A stretch of DNA of 64,000 nt from assembly GCA_043826355.1 (NCBI GenBank), contig JBDRQI010000005.1, positions 1 to 64,000 on the forward strand, written 5' to 3'. Made by a program: the position numbers and the translations under genes. The notes under the pieces were generated by a model. The model searched no databases and had not been told where the DNA came from. It saw only the letters and a program-made list of their open reading frames with translations. Positions 27,980 through 37,046 of this stretch are shown in pieces. This DNA is from Candidatus Omnitrophota bacterium. GTDB lineage: Bacteria; Ratteibacteria; UBA8468; MWAK01. How positions within the stretch are numbered: position 1 is the stretch's first letter; each line of letters starts with the position of its first letter.

Positions 27980-29080
27980 ATGGGAACTTTTCTAAAAGCG
28001 GGCAATTATTACATTGATTACTACGCCAACGGCAGGCGGTGGCGGGAGAAGGTCGGCAAGAGCAAGAAACTGGCCGAGACCGTCCTGGCGAAACGTAAGG
28101 TACAGGTTGCCGAAGGAAAGTTCCTGGACATAAAACGGAATCCGAAGATTAAATTTCCGGATGTCTGCCAAATATTCCTTGAAAATTATTCCAAGGTCAA
28201 CAAGAAGTCCTGGAAACGGGACGCCTTGAGCATCCGGAACCTGAACAAGTTCTTCTCAACCAAATATCTTTACGAGATAAACAATCTTGAAGTTGAGGAG
28301 TACAAGCGGAAAAGGCTGGAAGGCCTTGTGTCGGTAGCAACCATAAACCGCGAACTGTCATGCCTCAAGACAATCTTCAGGAAGGCCGCGGAATGGGGAA
28401 AGATAAAAACAGCGCTGCCGAAGATACAATTGTTCCGGGAAAATAATCAGCGGGTAAGATACTTGGAAGAGAAGGAAGCGCAGGCCCTGATTGAGGCCGC
28501 TACCGAACCCCTAAAGTCCATAATCATCACCGCCTTATATACCGGTATGAGACGGGGCGAGATTCTGAATCTGAAGTGGGAAGACGTTGACCTAAAGGAA
28601 AAGAGCATTACGATCTGGAACACGAAGAACAAAGAGAAGCGGGTTATCCCGATGAATTCAACGGTCTGCAATACGCTCTGCGGCATTGAGAAGCGTCCTG
28701 ACTCCGATTTCATATTTACCAGACACGACGGACAGGATAAATTCACGGACGATTATATCACGCACATATTTCAGGATGTCGTGAAGAAAGCGGGAATCAA
28801 GGATTTCCACTTCCACGACCTGCGTCATGTCTTCGCTTCCTGGCTGGTGATGAAAGGCGTTGATTTGAAGACGGTCCAGGAATTGCTCGGTCACAAGGAT
28901 TTCCGGATGACCTTGCGGTATTCTCATCTTTCCCAGGACCACAAGAAACAGGCAGTGGAGTTTCTGGTCAAGGATGAGGCCGGAAGGAAAACGATGGACA
29001 CTATTTGGACACCAGAGACAAAAATGAGAAATTCAGAAAAAATAGAAAATGCTGTAGAAGCACGATTGACAACAGTTTAG
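27980..29080 (+). CDS. Tyrosine integrase
   Basis: N-terminal arm-binding beta domain; TGMRRGE, K, HDLRH, LLGH, TLRY catalytic set. Confidence 0.95.
   Translation: MGTFLKAGNYYIDYYANGRRWREKVGKSKKLAETVLAKRKVQVAEGKFLDIKRNPKIKFPDVCQIFLENYSKVNKKSWKRDALSIRNLNKFFSTKYLYEINNLEVEEYKRKRLEGLVSVATINRELSCLKTIFRKAAEWGKIKTALPKIQLFRENNQRVRYLEEKEAQALIEAATEPLKSIIITALYTGMRRGEILNLKWEDVDLKEKSITIWNTKNKEKRVIPMNSTVCNTLCGIEKRPDSDFIFTRHDGQDKFTDDYITHIFQDVVKKAGIKDFHFHDLRHVFASWLVMKGVDLKTVQELLGHKDFRMTLRYSHLSQDHKKQAVEFLVKDEAGRKTMDTIWTPETKMRNSEKIENAVEARLTTV
28995..29012 (+). repeat. Tandem TGGACAC repeat, candidate integrase arm-type sites
   Basis: TGGACAC-TATT-TGGACAC (11-bp period) in the integrase 3' end, about 75 nt from the tRNA. 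Confidence 0.5.
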
Positions 29081-29086
29081 ACCATT

Positions 29087-29179
29087 GGAGAGGTCGCATA
29101 GCCCGGTTTAGTGCGGCGGATTGCTAATCCGCTGAGGCGGGGTTTCCTGCCTCCGAGGGTTCAAATCCCTCCCTCTCCG
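29087..29179 (+). tRNA. tRNA-Ser(GCT), long variable arm, CCA not encoded
   Basis: Acceptor GGAGAGG/CCTCTCC, anticodon arm GCGGA-TTGCTAA-TCCGC, variable arm GAGGCGGG/CCTGCCTC, T arm GAGGG-TTCAAAT-CCCTC, discriminator G. Confidence 0.95.
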
Positions 29180-29640
29180 CTAAACTTATTTTTATGGGGA
29201 TTTGATGGGAGCGAAGTCAGGTGACGCGATGAATAAGAGCGTTGCCGGCGGGTGGCCTAGTAAATTCTAAGGTGAAGGGTTGCTCACCTACTCGCAACCC
29301 GACGCAATCAACGCTCCTTACCCGTCGCGTTGCGTCTCTCCTTCTCCGCCTTCGCACGCCGTAGCGAGTTTCGGCGGACACACATCATCACAGCCGGAGA
29401 AGTTATCAATACGCAGTCTCCGATTTTAATGCCCTGCACCTTGGCCGGTACGGCGGCTCGCCGGTTTCGTTATTTATCGCCCGACGTTTCTTCAGGATAG
29501 CAATATCATCCTGGATTCTGGCCAGCTTTTCCATCGCGTAAATGTTCTTGAGATATTTCGTGATGCTTTCCCGGTTATGAGAATCCAGGGCGGAAAGTCC
29601 ATCGGTATTTATCTTTTCCGCCTGCAGATACTGGTAAGAA

Positions 29641-31434
29641 TTAACGAATAGCCGCCAGTTTCTGACGATATTCCGCAAACACCTTTGCAAAAGTCTGGTA
29701 GTCCTTTTTTGTCATTTTTGTTATACGGAGAGGAAGAAAGAACCGTTTGCGGTAGAGGAGTTCAGCGGTATAGAGGCAAGGAATACCGAGCTTTGCCTGT
29801 TCGGCGAGCTCACGGTTGTAGTCGTTAAGGGTGTAATGGGCAATCTGGCCGTCGGTGTCAATTACCGCCTGCGGCAGCGCGATGCGATAGAGGTTAGCAC
29901 GATGGAGCATAGTTTCGTGGGCGGTAAGCCGGTTGGTATACATGTCGGCGATACGCACCATATCCACGTATTCAGCCAGGAGCGGATTCAGGGTGAAACT
30001 GTCGATGCAGGCATCCGGTTTGTATTTCCTGGCTTCTTCGTATAACGTTTTGAGGTAAAATCGTTGGAGCTCCAACCCCCAGATACTGCCGTAGCTGCGC
30101 AGACCCGGCCCGGTGGGCAGACTGAGCTGTCCGTCCACCTTGACGCCATCAGCGTTCAGGCAACCCGATTCATCGGAAAACCAGCGGCGGATCATCTCGC
30201 GAAAACGCCGCAAGTATTTCGGGTTCGTAATATCGCAGACAACCGGCTTCCCATCTCGGGTAATACACTCTTCCGGCGGTACGCCCTCAACAGCCCAGGA
30301 GCAGTTCCAGACAAAAACGCGGATTCCACGCTTATGGCACTGCTCTATCCAGCCGCGCATGTCCGGCCACTTCTTTCGGTCCGGCTCACCGCTGTTTAGG
30401 TTCACCGCCCAGGTAGCATCCAGAACTACAATACCGGGTTTGCAGCGGTTTTTTTCAAGAAGGCGTACCCAGCGGTCAGTAAGTTCCTGGGTGCAGAAAT
30501 CAAAAGCGCGCAACCCCAGCGGATCTTTTTCCGACAGCGCTGCCCTGGCTATCTGGTCATGCCAAGTGCAGTAAATTGGTTCCAGCCACCAGTCCACCGG
30601 TTTACGCCGTGGCGGGCAAAGGAGGTAACCCTGCCGATAGCAGTATTCCAGGTATTGACGGAGAACATCGTAACGGTCACGCGCAAAAGTCATAACCAGG
30701 CGCGGACTCTGCCAGGCGCCCTCAACTTTTAATTTGCCATCATACACGGCGGCAAAACCTCCGCCGACAACGCTATCCCCTTTGTACGTCGTGGGCGGTA
30801 TCAACGCCGACGGGTTCCACTGCAGTGAATCCCAGGTATATTTTCCCGGAATCGCAGCCAGGCCGACGGACCAGAATGCCTTGTCCCTTCGGTCGTGCAA
30901 GCCTAAGCAATAGCAAGGGGAAGCCAGCGCCTGACCGCCGACCGGCAGTTCCAACTCGTTACCCGCAGAGAGGTTAAACGATTCGCCCGGATGAAAAAAA
31001 AGTTTTTCCTGAAAGTTGGGACAGGTGGAGAAAACCTCGTCTATTTCACCGCCCATTCCACGCTCTTCACCGCTGAAGTAACCGCGAAAGTAGTGCGCGC
31101 GTTCTACGTCGCCCCGGCCCTTGAGGTCGTAAAAAACCTCGATGGAATCCTCGCGGCAAATCCAAGTATGGCGCTTATTTTTCCATAGGTTTGATTGCTC
31201 CCGGAACGTCAGGACGGTTAAATCGCTTTTGGAGATGACTTTGACCGGTTCGAATCCTTTGGTCTCATCGCGTTTCCCTGCCGGGTTGCAAGCGCCGCCC
31301 GGAAAGAAGAGATATTTCTGATGCGTACCCTTAACCTCAAGGTAAACCAAAACATCCCGGAGGCAAATTTCAAGCAGATAACGGGTTGTTTTCAGACGGA
31401 CAGCTCCGTTCTTCAGTTTGGTGGTTTTTATCAT
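29641..31434 (-). CDS. Glycoside hydrolase, GH31/GH36-like TIM barrel
   Basis: YCTW, VVLDATW, KWPDMRGWIEQCHKRG, DGVKVD nucleophile region, MVRIAD. Confidence 0.65.
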   Translation of the reverse strand: MIKTTKLKNGAVRLKTTRYLLEICLRDVLVYLEVKGTHQKYLFFPGGACNPAGKRDETKGFEPVKVISKSDLTVLTFREQSNLWKNKRHTWICREDSIEVFYDLKGRGDVERAHYFRGYFSGEERGMGGEIDEVFSTCPNFQEKLFFHPGESFNLSAGNELELPVGGQALASPCYCLGLHDRRDKAFWSVGLAAIPGKYTWDSLQWNPSALIPPTTYKGDSVVGGGFAAVYDGKLKVEGAWQSPRLVMTFARDRYDVLRQYLEYCYRQGYLLCPPRRKPVDWWLEPIYCTWHDQIARAALSEKDPLGLRAFDFCTQELTDRWVRLLEKNRCKPGIVVLDATWAVNLNSGEPDRKKWPDMRGWIEQCHKRGIRVFVWNCSWAVEGVPPEECITRDGKPVVCDITNPKYLRRFREMIRRWFSDESGCLNADGVKVDGQLSLPTGPGLRSYGSIWGLELQRFYLKTLYEEARKYKPDACIDSFTLNPLLAEYVDMVRIADMYTNRLTAHETMLHRANLYRIALPQAVIDTDGQIAHYTLNDYNRELAEQAKLGIPCLYTAELLYRKRFFLPLRITKMTKKDYQTFAKVFAEYRQKLAAIR

Positions 31435-31607
31435 GAATTTCCCGATTCAAATAACCGATAACGTTGGTTTTGAAAAAGGTTAATAATACCATAAAAACAT
31501 CCGGAATTAAAGACCGGATGCGCCGTTTTTTAAACGAAGACGCCCGGGGTCGAAGTTGCAAAAAAACCTGCCCTGTGTTAAAGTTAACCAGAAACTAAGA
31601 GAAATTT

Positions 31608-32486
31608 ATGGACAGGTTTATAGATATCCACGCCCACGCATACCGAAGGCCTTATCCCGGCACAAACGGCAAGCCCGTTTTTTCCACACCCGAGCAACTG
31701 CTTAAACGTTACGAGGAACTTGAAATAGAACAAGCAATTCTTCTGCCGCTGGTAAGTCCCGAAGTATATCTTCCGCAGTCAAATGAAGAGATTCTGGAAA
31801 TTACAGAAAGATACCCCGACCGTTTTATTCCCTTCTGTAATATTGACCCGCGGGCAATTACCAACTCTCCGGATGCGCCGTTGGGAGACCTCCTGCGGTA
31901 TTACCGGGACTGCGGGTGTAAAGGAATTGGAGAAGTAATGCCCAACCTGCCGTTTCTCCACCCCCTGGTTCAAAATCTTTTTAAACATGTCCAGGAAGTA
32001 GGCTTTCCTTTGATATTTGACATTTCAGACCGGGTCGGCAATAACTACGGTTTGGTTGACGACCCGGGCCTGCCCCAGTTGGAAAGATGCCTCCAGAAAT
32101 TCCCCAAACTAACCATTCTGGGACACGGACCCGGCTTCTGGGCCGAAATAGGAAAACTGGAAACTCCGGCCGACCGCAACAACTACCCGAAATACCCGGT
32201 TAAAGAGGAGGGCGTAGTCCCCAAACTTCTCCGGAGATACGAAAATCTCTGCGGAGACCTTTCCGCGGGCAGCGGTTATAACGCGCTGGAGCGCGACCCT
32301 AAATATGCGGTCGGATTTCTCAATGAATTTCAGGACAAACTCTACTTCGGCACCGACATCTGCGCTCCGGATACGACCGCACCTCTGGTGGATTTTCTGC
32401 TTAAATTCCGGGCTGAAAAGAAAATTAGCGAAACGGCCTTTCGAAAAATTTCCAGGGAAAATGCGGCGAAATTACTCAATATCTGA
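31608..32486 (+). CDS. Amidohydrolase_2 family protein
   Basis: IDIHAH, KGIGE, ILGHG, LYFGTD. Confidence 0.88.
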   Translation: MDRFIDIHAHAYRRPYPGTNGKPVFSTPEQLLKRYEELEIEQAILLPLVSPEVYLPQSNEEILEITERYPDRFIPFCNIDPRAITNSPDAPLGDLLRYYRDCGCKGIGEVMPNLPFLHPLVQNLFKHVQEVGFPLIFDISDRVGNNYGLVDDPGLPQLERCLQKFPKLTILGHGPGFWAEIGKLETPADRNNYPKYPVKEEGVVPKLLRRYENLCGDLSAGSGYNALERDPKYAVGFLNEFQDKLYFGTDICAPDTTAPLVDFLLKFRAEKKISETAFRKISRENAAKLLNI

Positions 32487-32588
32487 AAAAGAAAATTACC
32501 TCGAACCCGGCGCTTTTTGGAGAAAGAAAGGCGATTCAATCCGAGCCGAATTATTTGTCCGGGTACATACAAAATCGAGAGAGGAAAA

Positions 32589-33848
32589 ATGTTAAAAAAA
32601 TCTGCTCTGGCTAATCTGGCGATTAACGGTGGCCCAAAAGTTCGTACCAAGCCTTTTCCGGAAAGAAAACTTTTAGGTCCGGAAGAAAAGGCGGCCGTGA
32701 ATGCTCTTTTTGATGCGGCGATTGCTTCCGGCAAGGCCTTCGGTTATAACGGTCCTGTCGAAGAGGCATACTGCCGTGAATTCACGGAATTTATGGGCGG
32801 CGGTTACGCCGATGCGGTTAATTCCGGCACCACAGGCGTTTACGTGGCGTTGCGTGTGCTAAACCCGGAACCGTTCACGGAAATAATCGTCAGCCCCATC
32901 ACCGACCCCGGTGGTATAATGCCGATTGTAATGCTGAACTGCATCCCGATGGTGGCGGATACCGAACCAGGCAGTTATAATACCGGCCCGAAACAGGTGG
33001 AAGAACTCATCTCCCCTCTGACTAGCGCTATTCTGGTTGCCCATATCGGCGGGGAACCGGCAGATATTAAAGGTATTATTGCGGTCGCCAAAAAAACAAC
33101 CATACCCGTAATAGAAGACTGTTCTCAGGCGCCCGGAGCGAAAATCAATGGGAAGTTAGTCGGCACCTTTGGAAATTTGGCGGTATTTTCGACCATGTTC
33201 GGCAAACATTACTGTACCGGAGGCCAGGGCGGTGTAGTTTATACGAAGAATGAAAAGCTGTACTGGAAGGCGCGCCGTGTTTCCGATCGCGGTAAACCGT
33301 TCGGGTTACCGGAAGGTTCTACCAATTGCGTGGCGTCACTTAACTTTAACCTTAACGACCTTTCCGCTGCAATCGGCAGAGTCCAACTTAAAAAATTACC
33401 GGGGATTGTGAAAAAACGCCGGGTTCTTGTTGCCAAAATCAACGCAGGGTTTAAAAAATTGAAAGCGGTTTCTCTTCCACCCAAAATTCCCGGAGCCAAA
33501 CCAAGCTACTGGTTCCTGAGAATCCAGTTGAATACCGGCCGGTTAACCTGCGATGCTGATACCTTCTGTGATGCTTTAAATGCCGAAGGTATACCGGGTG
33601 CTGGCAGGTATCGTCATTTACCACACACATATGCCTGGTACCGCAACCGTCGTGTTTTTGGCAGCAGCGGTTATCCCTGGACATCACCGCTTTATAAAGG
33701 TAACCCAAACCGACAGTTTCCTTGTCCGAATGCGTTTGCTGCTACCGAGGCGCAATTTAATATTCCTGTCTATGAAAGCTGGGGCGACAAAGAGGCAGCC
33801 GACATAGTGACAGCTTTCCATAAGGTTGAAACTGCGTTTTTAAGATAA
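32589..33848 (+). CDS. DegT/DnrJ/EryC1/StrS PLP aminotransferase
   Basis: VNSGT, IEDCSQAPGA, FSTMFGKH...GQGG. Confidence 0.9.
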   Translation: MLKKSALANLAINGGPKVRTKPFPERKLLGPEEKAAVNALFDAAIASGKAFGYNGPVEEAYCREFTEFMGGGYADAVNSGTTGVYVALRVLNPEPFTEIIVSPITDPGGIMPIVMLNCIPMVADTEPGSYNTGPKQVEELISPLTSAILVAHIGGEPADIKGIIAVAKKTTIPVIEDCSQAPGAKINGKLVGTFGNLAVFSTMFGKHYCTGGQGGVVYTKNEKLYWKARRVSDRGKPFGLPEGSTNCVASLNFNLNDLSAAIGRVQLKKLPGIVKKRRVLVAKINAGFKKLKAVSLPPKIPGAKPSYWFLRIQLNTGRLTCDADTFCDALNAEGIPGAGRYRHLPHTYAWYRNRRVFGSSGYPWTSPLYKGNPNRQFPCPNAFAATEAQFNIPVYESWGDKEAADIVTAFHKVETAFLR

Positions 33849-33883
33849 TCTCAGTATCCGGGTATAATTTTCTCTTCTGGTCA

Positions 33884-34741
33884 TTATTTTTCGACGGCAG
33901 GTTTCTTACCGGCCAGATTACCCGGATAACGGTAATAGTCCATTATCTGTTTACCGTAAGAACTCCAGGGGAACTGAGAAAGTGCCTTTTGGAAAACTTC
34001 GGTGACGGTGGCACCGGTAACCGGTTTCTTCAGAACCGGTTTGAGCGGCGGGATGTGACCATCATTATCCAGAAGATTCAAGGTAAATGGGCCCTCAGGT
34101 TTGTAAGGCAGAACATTTTTTCTATTTTCCAGCCCTTTCGCGACTCCGGTAAAAATCAGTTCCTGGGCCTTCCGGGGCAGTACCGAACGGCAAAAAAATG
34201 GGCCGTAGGCGTGCTTTACCACTGCCGTTTCAATCGCCGGATTCTTCTCCCTGACCTCTTCCGTTATCACCTGGTCTCCGCTTACAAAAACGGCAGGAAT
34301 GTTAAGGTCGCCGGCCAGGGCCATCGCCATAGAAGCCTCGCTCAAATATGCTTCTCCATCGTTTAACACCCACCTGGAATGGGGGCAGACGGCGCCCAAC
34401 TCCCCGCCCATTGCGTGCATTCCGATCAGAACCAGGGCATCAAAACCATCGTTTAGCGAAGTAAGCCATTCCGGAGAATGCCCGCCGCGGCCATGGAGGA
34501 TTTCGCACCCTTCTTCCAACTCCTCAAAAATTATGTTATAGGCGCTGCCGTGGTTGTCGTTGATGTAAATAGTCTCTGCGCCGCATGCTCTGGCTGCCCT
34601 GACCGCGGCATTAACCTCGCCGGTCAGCAACCGGTACATCCTTTGCCGGTGTTCGTAATTATCGATGGTCTGAGTAATCCGGTCCTCAAAAGAAGCCCAC
34701 CCGGCGACACCTTCAATATCGGTCTGAATATAAACCTTCAT
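33884..34741 (-). CDS. M55 family D-aminopeptidase (DppA-like)
   Basis: MKVYIQTDIEGVAG, NDNHG, IGMHA, VSGD. Confidence 0.9.
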   Translation of the reverse strand: MKVYIQTDIEGVAGWASFEDRITQTIDNYEHRQRMYRLLTGEVNAAVRAARACGAETIYINDNHGSAYNIIFEELEEGCEILHGRGGHSPEWLTSLNDGFDALVLIGMHAMGGELGAVCPHSRWVLNDGEAYLSEASMAMALAGDLNIPAVFVSGDQVITEEVREKNPAIETAVVKHAYGPFFCRSVLPRKAQELIFTGVAKGLENRKNVLPYKPEGPFTLNLLDNDGHIPPLKPVLKKPVTGATVTEVFQKALSQFPWSSYGKQIMDYYRYPGNLAGKKPAVEK

Positions 34742-34854
34742 GCTCCTCCTTCTAATTTTTTAGACGTTCCTTTTTACATATGTTATCATAATCGTAACAC
34801 AATTTCGAGAAACATCACCCACGCTTTGAACTAAACCGCCGTTTAAATAATAGC

Positions 34855-35730
34855 ATGCCGGTTAACGGAATTATTGCGGGAATAATCGCGGCAGTCAGTT
34901 GGGGAACCGTCTTCATTTTCGGCCAGATTGGAGTGCGGGAAGGAGCCTGTCACCCAATCATGATTTCTTTGATTCGCTTCCTTTCCGCCTCTTTTTTTCT
35001 GCTCGCTTATTCTCTTCTGTCCGGTCTAAAAATACGAATCCAAAAAAGAGACGCCACAACCTTCCTGCTCCTGGGACTTTTGGGAATTTTCGGGATGAAC
35101 GTCCTGATCTTTTATTCCTTAAAATACACCGCATCCACTTCCACCAGCATCCTGATGAACTCAAATCCAATTATTATCGCATTAATGGCCGGGTTTATGC
35201 TCAAGGAAAAACCTTCCCGACGAGAAATCCTGGGTGTATTGATTGGTTTCCTGGGTTGCTATTTGACGATAAGCCAGGGTCGTTTTTCCGGTATTGTATA
35301 CGGCGGAGACTTGTTGGCCCTGGCCGCATCTTTCTGCTGGGCTTTTTACACAATTACGGCGAAAAAAACCGGCGTTATCGCCAGATACGGTGCGGTTCTG
35401 GCTACTTTCTGGTCCGCTGTCTTCGGAAGCATTATGCTGTTTTTAGCCCTGTTTTTATTAAAAATACCTTTCGCCGCAACCAAAACCGGCTGGTTGGTTG
35501 GAATCTACCTGGGGTTGATTCCGGCCGGACTGGGTTTTACGCTCTGGTTTTTCGCCGTGCAGAGGTTAAAAATGGTTGCCGCCGGCATACTCCAGTTCCT
35601 GGCACCCCTGACCACCGGAATCATCGCCTTCTGGTGGCTTAAAGAAGGGATTTCGGGTTATACTATCAGCGGAGGAGTTTTGATCTTGGTCGGAGCAATA
35701 TTGCCGTTTGTGAAAACCTGTAAAGAATAA
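34855..35730 (+). CDS. DMT/EamA transporter
   Basis: About 10 TM helices; GDLLALAASFCWAFY; two EamA repeats. Confidence 0.88.
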   Translation: MPVNGIIAGIIAAVSWGTVFIFGQIGVREGACHPIMISLIRFLSASFFLLAYSLLSGLKIRIQKRDATTFLLLGLLGIFGMNVLIFYSLKYTASTSTSILMNSNPIIIALMAGFMLKEKPSRREILGVLIGFLGCYLTISQGRFSGIVYGGDLLALAASFCWAFYTITAKKTGVIARYGAVLATFWSAVFGSIMLFLALFLLKIPFAATKTGWLVGIYLGLIPAGLGFTLWFFAVQRLKMVAAGILQFLAPLTTGIIAFWWLKEGISGYTISGGVLILVGAILPFVKTCKE

Positions 35731-35745
35731 ATTGCGCAAAACGAT

Positions 35746-35835
35746 AGATTCTTCGCTGCGCTCAGAATGATACGGTAACGGGATTGCCGCGCTTCTTCAA
35801 AGAGTGATTTCGCTCTGTGAAGGGCTCGCGCTGAC
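35746..35835. repeat. Two REP-like palindromic units
   Basis: AGATTCTTCGCTGCGCTCAGAATGA and GGATTGCCGCG...CTCGCGCTGAC. Confidence 0.55.
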
Positions 35836-35841
35836 ACCGAA

Positions 35842-36516
35842 ATGGAAAATCCGACGTTGGGCCTGGCCTTCCTGGCCGGAATGGGTTATTTCTTTTCACC
35901 CTGCACCCTTCCGCTGGTGCCGTCCTATCTTGTTTATCTGAGCGGAATTTCCATTCCGCAGATGGCCGGACGGAAGAGGTTGGTGGTTCTTCTTAACGCC
36001 GCCTTTTTCCTCGCCGGTCTTCTCTTTTTATTTGTGGCGGTCGGCGCCTCAGCCACCCTGCTCGGCAATTTTCTGGCAAGGTACCTGAAAATCCTGCGGG
36101 GAATCGGTGGAGCCGTTATCATCTTCTTGGGAATTTTGCTCATCTGGAAACCGGTGTTCCTTTACCGGGTTCCCCGGGGAAGAAACCCGGGCGTCAAACC
36201 GGTGGGACTCCTGGGTTCTTTCCTCGTCGGTCTCTCTCTCTCCGCCGGCTGGACCGGCTGCAGCACGCCGATTTTAGGCGCCATGCTGGTAACTGCGGCG
36301 GTCAGCGAAACGGTCCGGCTTGGAATTTATCTGCTCTGCGCATTCAGCCTGGGCCTGGCAGTCCCTTTTCTCCTTTCCGCGCTTTTGATTGATTTCCTCC
36401 TGACCCCGTTACGGCGAATTCAACGCCATATGCGCAAAATTGAGATTGGCCTGGGACTCTTTTTTATCGCCTTCGGCTTACACTTCATCCTTACCTCCTT
36501 CCCATTTCGCTTTTAG
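35842..36516 (+). CDS. ccdA: Cytochrome c biogenesis protein CcdA / DsbD TM domain
   Basis: AFLAG..FFSPCTLPLVPSY, WTGCSTPILG. Confidence 0.88.
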   Translation: MENPTLGLAFLAGMGYFFSPCTLPLVPSYLVYLSGISIPQMAGRKRLVVLLNAAFFLAGLLFLFVAVGASATLLGNFLARYLKILRGIGGAVIIFLGILLIWKPVFLYRVPRGRNPGVKPVGLLGSFLVGLSLSAGWTGCSTPILGAMLVTAAVSETVRLGIYLLCAFSLGLAVPFLLSALLIDFLLTPLRRIQRHMRKIEIGLGLFFIAFGLHFILTSFPFRF

Positions 36517-36544
36517 TTGTGGTATAATAATTATTTAAAAAAAT

Positions 36545-36610
36545 GAGATTGCCACGTCCCAATTACAGGACAGGCGAGATGACTGTCCTACCGGGTGGGC
36601 GCGCAATGAC
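36545..36610. repeat. REP-like GAGATTGCC...GCAATGAC element
   Basis: Termini resemble the 35780 unit; inner hairpin AGGACAG/CTGTCCT. Confidence 0.55.
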
Positions 36611-36628
36611 ATCTTCTTCGGAGGAAGA

Positions 36629-36763
36629 ATGAGTATTACTTATCAACCCCATAATCGAAAAAGAAAAAGAACTCACGGGTTTCTGAAAAGAATGCGACGG
36701 CCCGGAGGCCAGACCGTCATCAGGCGGCGCCGGGCAAAGGGCAGAAAGAAACTGTCGGTCTAA
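36629..36763 (+). CDS. rpmH: 50S ribosomal protein L34 (not in ORF track)
   Basis: Manual translation [52 protein letters not shown]. Confidence 0.95.
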   Translation: MSITYQPHNRKRKRTHGFLKRMRRPGGQTVIRRRRAKGRKKLSV

Positions 36764-37041
36764 TGGAGCGCCTGCTACTTGTTGTTTTGCGTATTTATCG
36801 TCGGTTAATTTCGCCCCTGCTTCCTGCTTCCTGCCGTTTTTACCCATCCTGCTCTGAATATGCGGCCGAGGCGATTGTCCGTTACGGCGCCGGAAAAGGA
36901 CTTTTTATGGCGTTGCGGCGCCTGTCACGCTGCCACCCATTTTGCGCCGGGGGCTTTGACCCGTTACCCCCCCCTACCCAATACACCCCCTTTCCAGAGC
37001 TTTGGAAAGGGCACCCGTCCCCTCCAGGGGGGAGGAGTTAA
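36763..37041 (+). CDS. yidD: Membrane protein insertion efficiency factor
   Basis: [23 protein letters not shown]...RCHPF..GGFDP. Confidence 0.93.
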   Translation: MERLLLVVLRIYRRLISPLLPASCRFYPSCSEYAAEAIVRYGAGKGLFMALRRLSRCHPFCAGGFDPLPPPTQYTPFPELWKGHPSPPGGRS

Positions 37042-37046
37042 AATTT

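Larger units (their letters stand above)
142..29086. mobile_element. Integrative/defence island (left end not in window)
   Basis: Integrase abutting a tRNA, coupling protein, second recombinase, defence-type cargo, visibly more AT-rich than the core genes at 30-53 kb. Confidence 0.8.

Noticed and set aside
29406..29690. 94-aa minus-strand ORF
   Set aside because: Overlaps the hydrolase end, no clear start or motif; at most a gene remnant.
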